A stretch of 64,000 nt of DNA, taken from Microthyrium microscopicum (Eukaryota). The position numbers were made by a program, and so were the translations under genes. Below the pieces are notes generated by a model, which was not told where the DNA came from, made no database searches, and worked only from the letters and a program-made list of their open reading frames with translations. Positions 26,590-38,468 of this stretch are shown in pieces (positions within the stretch are counted from its first letter, which is position 1; every line of letters starts with the position of its first letter). Location of the stretch: positions 189,067-253,066 of the forward strand of contig MU004233.1 of assembly GCA_010405405.1 (NCBI GenBank), in the 5' to 3' direction.

Positions 26590-26824
26590 TTGTCTTTAAC
26601 ATGCACAGTAGGGTGTCTTGTCCTTGAAGAAAACAGCCTTTGGAACATAGCGCAGCTAAGACCCAGTGGTCTACATTGCAGACATTGATTGCTCCAGCCA
26701 AACCACCAGGAACCCAGTTCGTGTCGCAATCATAGGAGCCATCTGGCAAGCCATCGCAGTCCGCCTGGACTCTCGTGATGCAATGCAACACGTTTCAAAA
26801 AGTTAGAGCAACATGGAACTTCAT
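26590..26824 (-). pseudogene. Small Cys-rich CBM19-like protein, copy 2, with TGA in the signal peptide
   Basis: MKFHVALTF*NVLHCITRVQADCDGLPDGSYDC...INVCNVDHWVLAALCSKGC; 3' end uncertain. Confidence 0.6.
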
Positions 26825-27512
26825 GTTTGCTGCCCATCGTCAGCAGTGATACTCGTTTACTCATGGCGACACTAACTATTTGACGTGTATGTCGTGCCTG
26901 GTATGTTCTCTGGAAGTGGAAATTGTTGATATAGTGAAAGATTTTGAATTGCAGCTGATTGTCAATGAAGAATGAGACGGCCTTTTCAAAACTTAGAGCC
27001 ACACAGGAGCTTATATAGCTCGATCTAGATGTCTTTCACTTTGAGCAGCTACTAGTAATATTCACGATTATATGAACCGTGCAGATGATACGTTACCTAA
27101 GTACTCACATTCGCAAGCCAGCCAAAGCTATGGAGAAGCAGTCAATTGAGAGACAATAGCTATTGAACGATGCTTTACATCGCGTTACGTCTAGGGAGAT
27201 CCAGAAATTGTGACTATGGTGTGCTGATACTGGACCGTATTGCTACCTGCGCTGGTACCTGTAGATCCACTGATAGCTCAATGACTGGCACTTTTCGTGC
27301 TACATTAGAATGACTATTTTGACACATATTCAATAATAGAGAAGGATAAACTGGACATCACATCTAGCAGTCATTCATCCGAGAGAACACTCTGTGTCTG
27401 GAATTCTATCTCTAGTTTGACTGATAATCTATTCTATGTGACGACTGCATCCTAACTCTCATCATCATTCCTCGGAATCACGTCTGTAACCAAAACTCTC
27501 CAGCAGTTACTA

Positions 27513-28457
27513 TCACCCTCCAGGCGTATGAACAACCAAATCCGCCTTCCTCTCCTCATTCCCCAACGCCGCATCCCACGCGCTCTTAACCTCCGCCCAG
27601 TATTCGTCCGGGTACATCCTCATATGCCCCACATGCGCACTCTTCTCAAAGATCTTCACCCTCGTATCATACCCCTTCTCCTGCGCGTGCTTCCCATTCG
27701 CAATGATATCCTCCCACCAAACAATCTCATCCTTCTTGCTCGCCATATACAGTCTTGTGGCATCCACATCACTCACACGCTTGTCCATCAGTAGCCGAGA
27801 GCTATGTTCAGGTATGCTGTAGCCCCATAGTCGCACGTTGATGAAATGAGAAACGCTTAACACACCTGCACATATCGTCTTGGTGAGCACGAATGGCAGC
27901 GGTAGAAAAGTGAGACCGAGAGCCATAGCGTGTCCCCAGCGCCAGATGTTGGCCTTGTATAAATGTCCGCCCGGCGTGCTATCGCATATGAGCAGTTTGT
28001 GTGGAAACACCGCCGACGTTGGCGTAGGAACGCCTTTCATGCCTTGAACAGCCCACGGTGCGCCGGCGACCCATTGGCGGTAGGTATTGAGCATGGCGAG
28101 CATATTGATACCGCCTGTATTTGAGAAACAGTGGATCAACACTTTCCCATCCTTCAAATCCTGGCCAGTGGTGCTGGAGAGAGCGGCGCGCAACGCAACG
28201 AGCATGGTGCGTGAACGTTGCGCGAAGGTGCTGAACATTGCTTTGCTTATTGGGCTGAGGACGATGACTACGCGCACGCCTGGATATAGCGATTGGTACT
28301 TGTCAGAGTACTTTGCTATGTGTTTTATGAGGCCATCGCCCCAGGTGAAGAGCATGACAGTAGTTGGGCCATTGTTGACTGGCGGTTTTGGCGCCGAAGG
28401 GGAGGGTTCGAGGAGGATGACCTGGTCGGATAGTCGCGTGAACTCGTAGGGAAGCAT
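27513..28457 (-). CDS. DUF829/TMEM53 (PaxU-like) alpha/beta-hydrolase-fold protein
   Basis: FTWGDG..KHIAKY, LIHCFSNTGG, ICDSTPG, LYMASKKDEIV, SAHVGHMR.YPDEYW. Confidence 0.85.
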   Translation of the reverse strand: MLPYEFTRLSDQVILLEPSPSAPKPPVNNGPTTVMLFTWGDGLIKHIAKYSDKYQSLYPGVRVVIVLSPISKAMFSTFAQRSRTMLVALRAALSSTTGQDLKDGKVLIHCFSNTGGINMLAMLNTYRQWVAGAPWAVQGMKGVPTPTSAVFPHKLLICDSTPGGHLYKANIWRWGHAMALGLTFLPLPFVLTKTICAGVLSVSHFINVRLWGYSIPEHSSRLLMDKRVSDVDATRLYMASKKDEIVWWEDIIANGKHAQEKGYDTRVKIFEKSAHVGHMRMYPDEYWAEVKSAWDAALGNEERKADLVVHTPGG

Positions 28458-29678
28458 CGAAAAGATTGTCAAGGGTAAGGGAGTGGTTGTTGAGTATCCA
28501 TATTGTAGGAACTGCGATGGTTGCGATGTTGGAAGATACAGGGTCTTTCACATGTTTGAGATTTAAGGGTGAAGTTGACAGTTGGGAGGTTGATTATTCA
28601 ACGAAAGAAGTGAGATTGGAGATGCCGAGGTTGATTTGGAAAAAGAAAAAGGGGCAGAGGAAAGATATCTTGATCTGATCTGATAGCAATCAACAATGAT
28701 AGACCAAAAGTCAATCTTTACGAGATATAGTTCTGTAGACTGTAGAGTACATTTCAAATACTAGTATTTGTATCCGGTCGTAATCATTGGGCAATATCCC
28801 CAAAAGTTCGAAGGATCAAAATCTTCATCCGAAGCATTCGACAAATCAGAAGCAGGGCGACCATGTTCTTCCAATCATAGCTGTGATATTTTCAGACCTT
28901 CTAAGTCTTGTACCAGTTACAGGTACTGTCTGATCTCGATCTGGTCAGCTCAGCTCTTGTTCCCCTTAGAGCTGCCAGGAAGCTATGAGATGCAGTTAGA
29001 CCTTGCGTGTACTATTCATTGAGCTAGCAGCCTAATTGGTTGTACACTCTATCAGATGACATCGGGATGCCGCAAAATTACATTAGACAGACGTCACAGC
29101 ACGACTCATGGATATACTTCTTGGGCATCAACAGTTGAGTAAAACACTTCAGGTCTAATGCTGAAATCTGGGATACCAGACACAATAGGAGCGTGTCGTT
29201 ATTTTGCGGTAGAGTGGAAGAGGTAACAGGTAGAACATTTGAATTTCTCGCTGATCTGGCTTGAAGGACCAGTAGACGGCCATTGGTATAATCAATCTGG
29301 TACAACCCAACTCATGATATCAGCGCAGTTCACCCGCCCAAGGAGGTCATTGTAAATCATGCACCTAGGAATGAAGGTTCCAAGCTTCCATCATATCGTG
29401 TTCCCTCCGCTGGCATTGCCTTTGTCATAAAACATGTTCAATCAGCTAGGCATGACGATGCGCCTAAGCAGAGACAACGTGACGCTGGTGTCCTGCATGT
29501 AATGCTGTCTTGGATACGCCACGAAGCGCCGACTTGAGTGCGCCAAAGCGAGCTGACGATGGCAGTTGGCGGGTCAAGGTCTTGCTGCGAGTAGACTCCG
29601 CGCCTGCGACCGTCTGCAGCTGCTCGTGAAACGCGACGGACTTCCCGCCGCGAGTTTCTAAACTGCTTCGTAAAGACT

Positions 29679-29710
29679 GCGGGTTCACAGCCCCCACCGC
29701 TGGAACCCGC
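29679..29710 (-). promoter_or_regulatory. Stem-loop 8 nt downstream of the p14 stop codon (candidate recoding signal)
   Basis: GCGGGTTCCAGC-GGTGGGG-GCTG(T)GAACCCGC: 12-bp stem with one bulge and a 7-nt loop. Confidence 0.55.
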
Positions 29711-29718
29711 GCCTCATG

Positions 29719-30329
29719 CTAATCGATACCGTGCTGCTGTTTGAGCGCTTCTAGGTTGGCCTTGCGCTCTTCCATATCTGCTTTCGACTTTGCCATCTTT
29801 TCTGGCTGGTGGTATAGAACTGGGGACGAATATTAGTGCTATCCTATATAGATCGGTGTGATAGGGTGTATCGTACCGACGAGGTAACGGTTCTGAAAGT
29901 TGAAACCGTTCAACTTGTCGCAGGCTTGCTTGGCGTCGGTTACTTCTTCATAGACGACGAATGCAGTGCCTTTGGTATCGTTGGAGATGCCCTGTCGAAT
30001 TTGACTATGTTTTCTGTCAGTCCATGCCTCCCGGGTATTCCGTTATAGATTCGACATACCGAATGGGCCCAAACTTTCCGAAGAGCTCGAACAGATCGCC
30101 TGCAGAGGAGTTGTAACTGTCCAGTGTCAGTCATACATTATACTAAATCGCCCAGCCCAGTATTCCATCTTGGAGAGACTTGGATCGCGTAGTCGTACCC
30201 TAGGTTCTTTACGAATAGGATTCTGTGAGATATCAGGTCAGCGCTCTGTGATAAAGTGGTCGCGTGTCCGCGGAATAGCATTGCCACTTACCGGTTGACT
30301 TCCGGGGCTAGTTTGCCAGCTCGACTCAT
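29719..30329 (-). CDS. SF3B6: Pre-mRNA branch-site protein p14 (SF3b subunit 6)
   Basis: Five exons spliced by hand: [115 protein letters not shown]. Confidence 0.95.
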
Positions 30330-30796
30330 ATCCGGGTTATAGTGAAGAGTATAGTTGGAAGGTTCAAGTAGTTGGTATGCGCAGTGGGGTGGATGATGTT
30401 GAAAGGGTGGGGTGAGGCTCTAGATAGAGGGTGGGAAAGATTAATATGTGGTGCAATTGGAGTCGAAGGTTCCGAGCAGAAGCGGAGCCTGCCCAGCAAG
30501 GAAGACAGCTGACTAACCGCCTGATGCCCAGTACACGTGCCCTACCACACTTGACCCTTCTGAGCTAGTGTGTTCGTCGTGTGCACTTGCCTCAGTTGAC
30601 TCTAGCTCGCTCCTAGTGTGCGTGTCCCCTGCAACTCCCTTTGGATATCAATTGAAATGACGACAACCTTTGTGTTCATATGTGATCTCCAACTCAACAC
30701 TCATACAACTATCAATAAAATAAGCCTTCGGATACACGGCAACACCTATTCCGAATCCAAGATCACCCCTACTTTAAACCTGACACGACCATCATC

Positions 30797-31189
30797 ATGT
30801 CTCGGCGGGTAGGACAATCACATTCACCATCAAATGCACCGGAGATATTCGCTGCTAACGTGAATGCTTACAGATCAAGTACAAGGTCACAGGCTCTGTC
30901 CAAGGGGTAAACTTTCGGTAGGTTCTTATGGCTCGGAATTCGTGACTGGCTTCTCAATTGACATTCAAGATACTACACTGCGCGAGAAGCAAACAAGATT
31001 GGCGTCACCGGTTTCGTTCAAAACGACGACGATGGTTCCGTCTCTGGTGAAGCTCAAGGCGATGACCAAGCTCTGAAGCAATTCCTTGAGATCGTCAAGA
31101 AGGGTCCGCCAGCAGCTGACGTATCGGACGTGACCAAGTCTGATATCGACTCGAAGGAGGGCGAGAGCAAGTTCAATCAAACTCGATAG
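30797..31189 (+). CDS. Acylphosphatase
   Basis: [49 protein letters not shown]...KGPPAA; two introns. Confidence 0.92.
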
Positions 31190-31214
31190 AAAAATATATT
31201 GCTTGGTGTAGACT

Positions 31215-32742
31215 TCAATCTAGGTCTTTTGTTCGTGACTTGCGTTTTCTCGTTGATCGTCGCAAAACTGGTGCTGGTTCTGGTTCTGCCTCCTCCTCAG
31301 GCTCAGGCTCAGGCTCTTCTGGTTCTGCCTCTTCCTCAAGCTCTAGATCCTCAGGCTCTAGATCCTCAGGCTCAGCTTCTTCTGGCTCTGGATCTTCTGG
31401 ATCTTCTGGATCTTCTGGATCTTCTGGATCTTCTGGATCTTCTGGATCTGGCTCTTGTGGTTCTGGATTTCCTGGTTCTGGTTCTTCTGCCTCTTCCAAC
31501 TGAGCTCCTTCTTGTGACTCCGCCTCTGCTTCGGCTTGTGCCTCAGGCTCAACCTCCAATTCTTGTCCATGGTCTGGAGCCGACTGCAGAATAGGTTCCT
31601 GGTTTACATGAATCTCAGGCTCAGGCTCAGGTCCAGGTTCAGAATCATCAGAGTCAATCTCAACCACTTGCTCTCCATCATCTTCCTCCTCATCTTCCTC
31701 GAGTTCCGACGCTCCATCCTCAACCAACAATTTCTCTCTTTCAATGAAATTGGGCTGTCCATCTTCATCATCCTCTTCCGATACCTCCCACAAAACCTGG
31801 CCCTCCACCAGTACTTCCTCCCCGTTCTCTTCTTGATCACTATCCATCTCGTCGGGAAACTCAATCGAACCTGGCAGAATCTCCATCTTCCTCTCTTGCA
31901 TCGCAATCAAGTCCTTCAGAAACGCGCCTCTCTCCATCTTTCCTCCCACCTTCTTAGCTTTAACCACCAGCTCCTCACCTAGCAGTCGTGCGCGAGTACA
32001 CGACACAAGATCCCAATTGTGAAACGCGCTCAGTCCGCCGCCCTCGGCATTCGCGTTCCTGCGCTTGATGAATAGCATATCGGTGCCGATGGTGTTGCCC
32101 CATTTGCAAGTATACCAGTGGTCGTTGAGGGCAAACATGGGGTTTTGCGTATGAAGACCGGCAACGTGGAACTTTGAGATGAATTCTGGTTCCGGAGGCT
32201 GCTTATTTGTGCTGTCATCTTCATGATCTGAGGCTTCGGGTGCGACGGCATCATCATCATCATCTTCGATTTCTTCCTCGCCACCTTCTTCATCCTCAAG
32301 CTCATCGTCCTCGTTTTCATTTTCATCGTCTTCGTCGTCGGCATCTTCATCATCGTAATCTTCAACCTCTTCATCATCGCCGTCTTCTTCGTCATCGGAG
32401 CCAGACGCGTCTGCATTCAAGTCGGCGTCAGCTTGAGTTTTGCGCCGCTTTCGTCTCTTTTTAGGTTCTTGGTCGTCCTTTTTGCGCTTTCTTGAATATC
32501 TATTTTGATTCCCTATCTGAGAATTAGATCCTTGTCAAAGAACCTATGCAAGTTGAGACTTTGACTAACACTGCGGTGGGAGGTCTACCACGAGGTAGAA
32601 ATCCTGTTGGCTGTTAGTGAGACGGCTATTCAAGTGGGGCGCGCGCATCCACCTCTGTCTCATTTTCATCATATTCATATTCCCATTCAGATTCGGACTC
32701 TGGGATAGTTTGACTGCTACTATTATTACTCGGAGATGACAT
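31215..32742 (-). CDS. TFIIIC triple-barrel domain subunit (Tfc7/sfc7-like) with acidic low-complexity regions
   Basis: N-terminal EWEYEYDENETE|DFYLVVDL and GLHTQNPMFALNDHWYTCKWGNTIGTDMLF; at least two 5' introns; C-terminal basic NLS-like RRSTRKRK. Confidence 0.75.
31380..31450 (-). repeat. 9-bp coding tandem repeat (GGATCTTCT)n encoding (DPE)n
   Basis: About six consecutive copies seen directly. Confidence 0.9.
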
Positions 32743-33575
32743 GTTTGGTTGAAGTTGGCAGCTGGAGGGTGCAAGAAAATTCTCGAGGTTGGTGGTTAGT
32801 CGGAGTCTTAAAAATGGACCAGGTTCTCGAGTCCAGGTGATTTTTGGGCCCAGTAATTTGCTCTATTGTTCTTAACAACAATAGAAGCAACCTCATAGAA
32901 CATATTTTTTTAGTTGATTCCAAGTTGACATATTCTCATGGTACAGGCCTTTCAATAATTTTTATTCTTTTGTCTCAAGTACTTCACTTTGTCACTAATG
33001 GAAGCAGTTCAAAGAGGTAGGAATAATGATCAACAATAGAGTACCGCCTAGCAAAACACTACATAATTTTATACGCTATTGTAACAATTATTCGAGGTTA
33101 TTTGTATTTACAGATTTTCTCCATAAAAAGACAGCGATTCTTTCGTCCAAACCGCTATCATAGGCTTCTTTTCTAATAGAGTTTCCCTCGCACCTTATGG
33201 TAGTCTATGAAGCATATCCGTTATCAGGTGAATGTCGAGCCGTTTTTGAACATACTACCTACCGTACTTATACACACATGAGTCATTTGACAATTCCTTT
33301 TCCATCATTGGAATAGAACTTTGAATTTTTCGGTCTTTTGGACTGGAACTACCTTAAACTCCATATTGATATCAAGAATTACTCTAAGACTTCTATCCCG
33401 CTAGTTTTCTTCACAATCATCTCATCAACACGGGGCCCATCTGTACTCTAACCGTTGGCACCCAAATCATAACCAGCAGGACTCGTTCATGAATTGGAGC
33501 ACCACTGCCTTGCCTACTAGGTACCTAAACACGATCAAAAACTCTCGAATTCATCAATAAAATATTTAAAACAAA

Positions 33576-34280
33576 ATGGAGCCTCTACTTCAGCCAGCCT
33601 TGGACATGGACGAAGCACAGCAGCCAGTTGACGCCGTCTTGAACACATCATCAAGACCTCAAGTAACAATCTCCAACACACCAGAATACTGCCACCGCAT
33701 TGCAGACATCACTGCAAGAGCACTTTTATCTGATCCACCTGATCCTCTAAACGTGCTTTTCCAACGGGACTGGCGAGGCCCTCTGATAGAAGTTAATTAC
33801 GACCAAATCTACGAATATGCACTCAGTCGTGCGGAATCCAAGACCAAACTTGGCGCTTCCATCGTCGAAGCTGACACTTTCGCTGCCGTGGCATGCTGGG
33901 ATCCCCGACCTACAGTTGAAGACGATCTCAGCGCCAGAAATCTTGAAGAATTGGCAGAAAAGAGGCCGGTGTTTGCCGCCTTCATTAGAGATTCTGAAGA
34001 AACAAAGATGCAGTGTCTTGGTATAGGTCAGAAGCATTTGGGGCTTAGTTTGATGGCGAGGGATCCATTGAAGACGAGTGAGGGCGCAGTGAGGGCGGTT
34101 ATTGAGCCTTTGGTAGAAAGAGCTAAGGAGCAGAAGTTGCCCATTTGGTTGATTGCTGGGAATGAAAGGGCGAGGGATGTTTATGCTCATTTTGGGTTTG
34201 AGGTTGTCAAAGTGATATATTCGGGTGAGGAGAGAGTGAGGAGTTGGTGTATGGTGTGTAACTGGCCTGCCAAACGATGA
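33576..34280 (+). CDS. GNAT-family N-acetyltransferase
   Basis: AAVACW, LSLMARDP, PIWLIAGNERARDVYAHFGFEVV. Confidence 0.8.
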   Translation: MEPLLQPALDMDEAQQPVDAVLNTSSRPQVTISNTPEYCHRIADITARALLSDPPDPLNVLFQRDWRGPLIEVNYDQIYEYALSRAESKTKLGASIVEADTFAAVACWDPRPTVEDDLSARNLEELAEKRPVFAAFIRDSEETKMQCLGIGQKHLGLSLMARDPLKTSEGAVRAVIEPLVERAKEQKLPIWLIAGNERARDVYAHFGFEVVKVIYSGEERVRSWCMVCNWPAKR

Positions 34281-34514
34281 GATTGCCTGTAATACCGAAC
34301 CTGGATATGACACTGATTTCAGACGAAGGAGATTTTCAATTGATATAGAGTTAGGAGAGAAGGACGTCGACAAAAGTGAACCACTTGAGCGTCACCTAGA
34401 TCTGGATATTATATTATTGTTCTTGCCAACAATGCCAAAGAATAAGGTTTGCTAGAGCATTTCTTGAAGATGAAACATTGACCGTTCTTCAGTTGCAAGG
34501 ACGAGAGCTCGAAC

Positions 34515-36611
34515 TTATTTGCCGTTCGCGCTCAAATCAACTTCTTTTTCTTCTTCAACCACTGCATACTTGAGGTAGTGGCCTTTCTCTTTGTCCTCAT
34601 CCTGCAGTTCCTCAAGGCCCGACTTCCAAGTATGCGACTTTCTGTTTTCATGTGCCAGCCTTTGAATCTCAAGCGTCTCATTTTGTCTCCATTCAAGTGA
34701 CTTGTACCCTTGTGGATCCATTCTTTCCACGATAACTGGAAGGGTGTATCCCAGAATGATGATCAGACCACCAAGAACCAGAACTAGGACGATTCCCAGG
34801 ATACTGAAAGATGTGTAACTTGTGTTTCGAATGCGTTGGTTGGAACATATTTGGTGATCCATGGTTCCATTCGGAGGTTTTACAATCCAGGAAGTATCTT
34901 TGCCACTGAGACCAGAGGAGAGATCGAGAACAATACGTTGTACATCGGCCAGATAGGTTTGGAACCATCCTTCAACTTCAAGCTCCCATCTGGTGTCTTG
35001 TTAGTGATATCTATAGGTGGTGGTATTATCGTCAATACTCACTGATTCTCAGGCATGGAAATCACCTCATTCTGAAACATCATAAAATGGGCCTTCAAGG
35101 CTGCAGAGCCGAAATACTGAATTGTAGTCTCTAGTCCAGTGATCATACTCCTCAGACCTTCACTGGTTTTCCTGACGTAAGCTTGCTCATCAGGGTCGGT
35201 CCATATCTTGTCGAAGTAGACAGGGGACAGATTGTCAACACTGGTAAGCGGCGAGCATGTGTTGTTGCCATTGAGACCTGGTTTGCACATTTGATAGGAT
35301 TCGACGCAGCCAAGAACACGGGCGACATCGTCTCTAACATATACGTGTTGAGGTGAGCCGCTTCCTAGAGAATAGTTCGTAAATGTAGTTGCTGAAAACC
35401 ATGGGTCCTTGACCGGTGCGAAGTTCATAACATCGTTGGTGGAGAGAAAGATTAGATAAACATCCCCATGGGATGGCTTGACTGTGAGCTGTTAGCAGAA
35501 ACTTCAAGCGGAATCTACGCTATCACCTACCTGCAGAAATAGGTTTGAAGTTTCCCTGGTTGCTAAAACTGCCATTAGGCAGAAGCTTCGCCGAGTAGTA
35601 TTTTAGCGAATAGTCCTGCCACAAGTGGAGACTTGAATTGACCGGCGGAGTGTTTGGATAAAGGAACGTATAATTATTGGAAAATTGGGCAGATTTGCCG
35701 AAAGACCATCCCTTGAAAGGCGGCCCGTCAGGGACAGATACGTCACTTTCAAATCCGTCGTTATTCAATGGCACACAGGTCAACACTTCTCGCCATAGGT
35801 ATCGATACTCTGGTGGTGCATTGATTCCAAGATCAAAGTGACTATTGATGTATCCTGAATCCAGGGTCATGGGTTTGACACCTTCGCGACACACACCTTG
35901 GCCAGGAAAGGGGCAAGTGCTGTTTCGTGTTATATTGTAATTGAGGCTGGCCACTGGATATGTGGAGCAATCTCGTGGAAGTGGATTACTGTTGTTGTTG
36001 GCCAACGGGGCGTAGCATAATTGACCATAGTTGGAGCTGTCGTGTCTGCGATCCATATCGTACTCTACGAAACCGTAGACTTGCGCGGTTGTAAAGGTAG
36101 AATTCTCAGAGGCCACGGCAATAGTACATCCACCACTTTCCAGTAGCACTTGACCATGCGTTGTAGCCACCCATGATGAAAAGACCGATGCTGTAGAGAA
36201 AGCGGCGAGGAGTAAAGTACTGAGCAACGCAATCGGTAAGACTCTTCCAAGCAATCGCGTGGCTTTGTGCTTTCTTCCTGAGTAAGCAATGACTCCCAGA
36301 TTCCAGAGACCATAGCTAAAGTTAGCTGAGTTGCGAAGCACGACCTGGCGTTGATGATATATCGCATCCTGATTTTGTCTCTGGCTCAAACAGCGATGAA
36401 GTAAAAACGAAAGAATCTTCCAGGTACAGGCACCAGCAAGAGAAATATAAAGTGCGATGAATGCAACCAAGAATGAACCATTGCGATTTGTTGTCGTATA
36501 GGTGTGACTGAGAGTTGGTGACTTGGAGTAGTCCCTCCATGATCCAGTGTATACGCTGGCGGGCAGAACAGAGATGGGGTTGACCGTGTAGGATGACACA
36601 ATTTGAGTCAT
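34515..36611 (-). CDS. Uncharacterised fungal multi-pass membrane protein
   Basis: VYTGSWRDYS...LVAFIALYISLAG..WKI, DAIYHQRQVVLRNS, LDSGYINSHFDLGINAP, QWELEV.GWF, ICSNQRIR...SFSILG; introns near 35530-35485 and 35042-34991. Confidence 0.8.
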
Positions 36612-37986
36612 TGCGGAGGCTTGACAGGAGGATGACAGACAGCTGAACCAGAGGACTCGTTGTAGTTTTGAGTCCAACAACAATGGTTTTTCGGCGTGCC
36701 ACATGTACATGGCCTACAAGCATTGTGGTCTCCTATATGTTGAGAAATTCGCCCCCACAGAATACCGGTACGACTGCACTGGTCTATCACAGCGGCTAAG
36801 CGGCAGTCCGATGGAATGTATCGACAGGCTAAAGAGTCAAGGTTTCAAGCCCAGAGGTGAGTTTTGGCTAGATGTTGCCATCGGTGCGTATCGGAAAGCC
36901 ATCAAGGTCATCAAACCTTGCAGCTAACTGGATCAACTAGTCGACAAAAGCGATGGAGCGCTACCACATTCCACTCACTACATTCGTACGTTACGTATCC
37001 CATTTCTTTTGTAGAATTAGTTGTGAAATGTGGAACACTATGGCAATTAGAGAGTATGATCTTCATTGGAGTATTGGGTGCCATTGATATACCTGACTGA
37101 TGGCAGTGTTCCAGTTCTTCGCAATGATGGCTTATTCCCTGATCTATCACTTTAATCACAATCAGCCTTGACATTTTCGAACCAGTTTGGAACGAAAATG
37201 TCATCATCTCTTAAGTACGGAGCATCTACCTGTTAGCTTAAGGTTGGTTTGTCAGGAGTATGTCTTTTTGATAGGGTAATCCTCTTAACTTCTTGAGAAA
37301 CAGTCATAGGAAAGAGCTACCAGAACCTAGGTTTGTGCATTTTATTCTAGAAAGAACCACCGAGAAGGGCCTGCGGCCCCCAATATGCGAGCGAGCATGT
37401 TTGAATGCTGAAAGGGAATCTAAGCGCCATTCATAGGCAGCCACGACAAGGAAGTTGTGATTGACAACCCCTTTTTTGGTACGTCGTCGAAGTCACTTCC
37501 AATCATTCCACATGTTCCTCATATACATAATCCAACAAACACATTATAATCCTGAGGTGTTTTGGTCTGTTGAGGATTTGACATATAGGTTCTGGAAAAT
37601 CTTAGATATTGCAAGTTCGTCGCACTTCAGATGAACCCAAGCAGTGGTGAGGTTCTTGGGCATGCATGAAATCGCCTCAGCAACCGGAGTACTTAAGTTA
37701 ATATTAGGGGATATCGCGCATCCAATCGAAGTGGCCGAGCCTGATGTGTTGGGGGCCAATATGAGACTTACGAAAGACGTTGAGTTGTTTCTAAGATATT
37801 TTATCAGAAGTCTTACGCATTATTTCCAATCTTAGACGAATGGCAAACGTTCGGAAGTAAATAATGCGACACTAAATAGCAAGGAGGCCATTTATTCATA
37901 ATCTACAGTATCTAACATTCTCCTGCTTGGAAGCAGTCAATTATTGACCTCTAGGTAGGGTAACTGGAATATAGGCACCAAGGATC

Positions 37987-38200
37987 CAACCGGTGGACAA
38001 AATAACTGGCGTGCTCTGATCAACTCCAATGGCTCCTACTAACGCTTCTAAGCAGCAAATACCATAACTCCCATCCTAATCAATCGATAGTGGTGGAATA
38101 AACGTAGTCCTTAGGAAATAAAACACTCGATAATAAAGCGTAGCAGATGGGAGCCATAGAAGTCGATGGGGGCCACGCCAGTTATTTTGTCCTTCGGTTG
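37987..38200. mobile_element. MITE, 214 bp, 5-bp TSD GGATC
   Basis: TIRs CAACCGGTGGACAAAATAACTGGCGTG / CACGCCAGTTATTTTGTCCTTCGGTTG; GGATC at 37982-37986 and 38201-38205. Confidence 0.88.
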
Positions 38201-38468
38201 GGATCCCACCTGATGTCTCATGAACAATAGGATGAATTGACGCCATGGTGCTATTTCTGGTATTAGTCACAGAATAGAGGCGTTGGATCCTCCAACAGTG
38301 AGTACCTTAGCCAGTCCTGAAAACATACAGTATTAAGGGGCCAAGCACCAAGAAAGTGTATGAACAATCTACTTTTTCGGCGATCTGAATTGTTCTCTTA
38401 CCCAAAAAGTCTCCATCTGTCATTATCTATTTTCAGTTCTTAGTCGTTCATTTTTCAATTTATACATC

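Noticed and set aside
29464..29718. GC-rich stretch as RNase P/MRP RNA (contains GGGAAGTCC)
   Set aside because: No complementary CR-V/P4 partner found; the in-frame coding explanation fits better.
31199..31982. Plus-strand ORFs with (LLD)n and (SSG)n repeats
   Set aside because: Antisense shadows of the acidic TFIIIC-subunit repeat.
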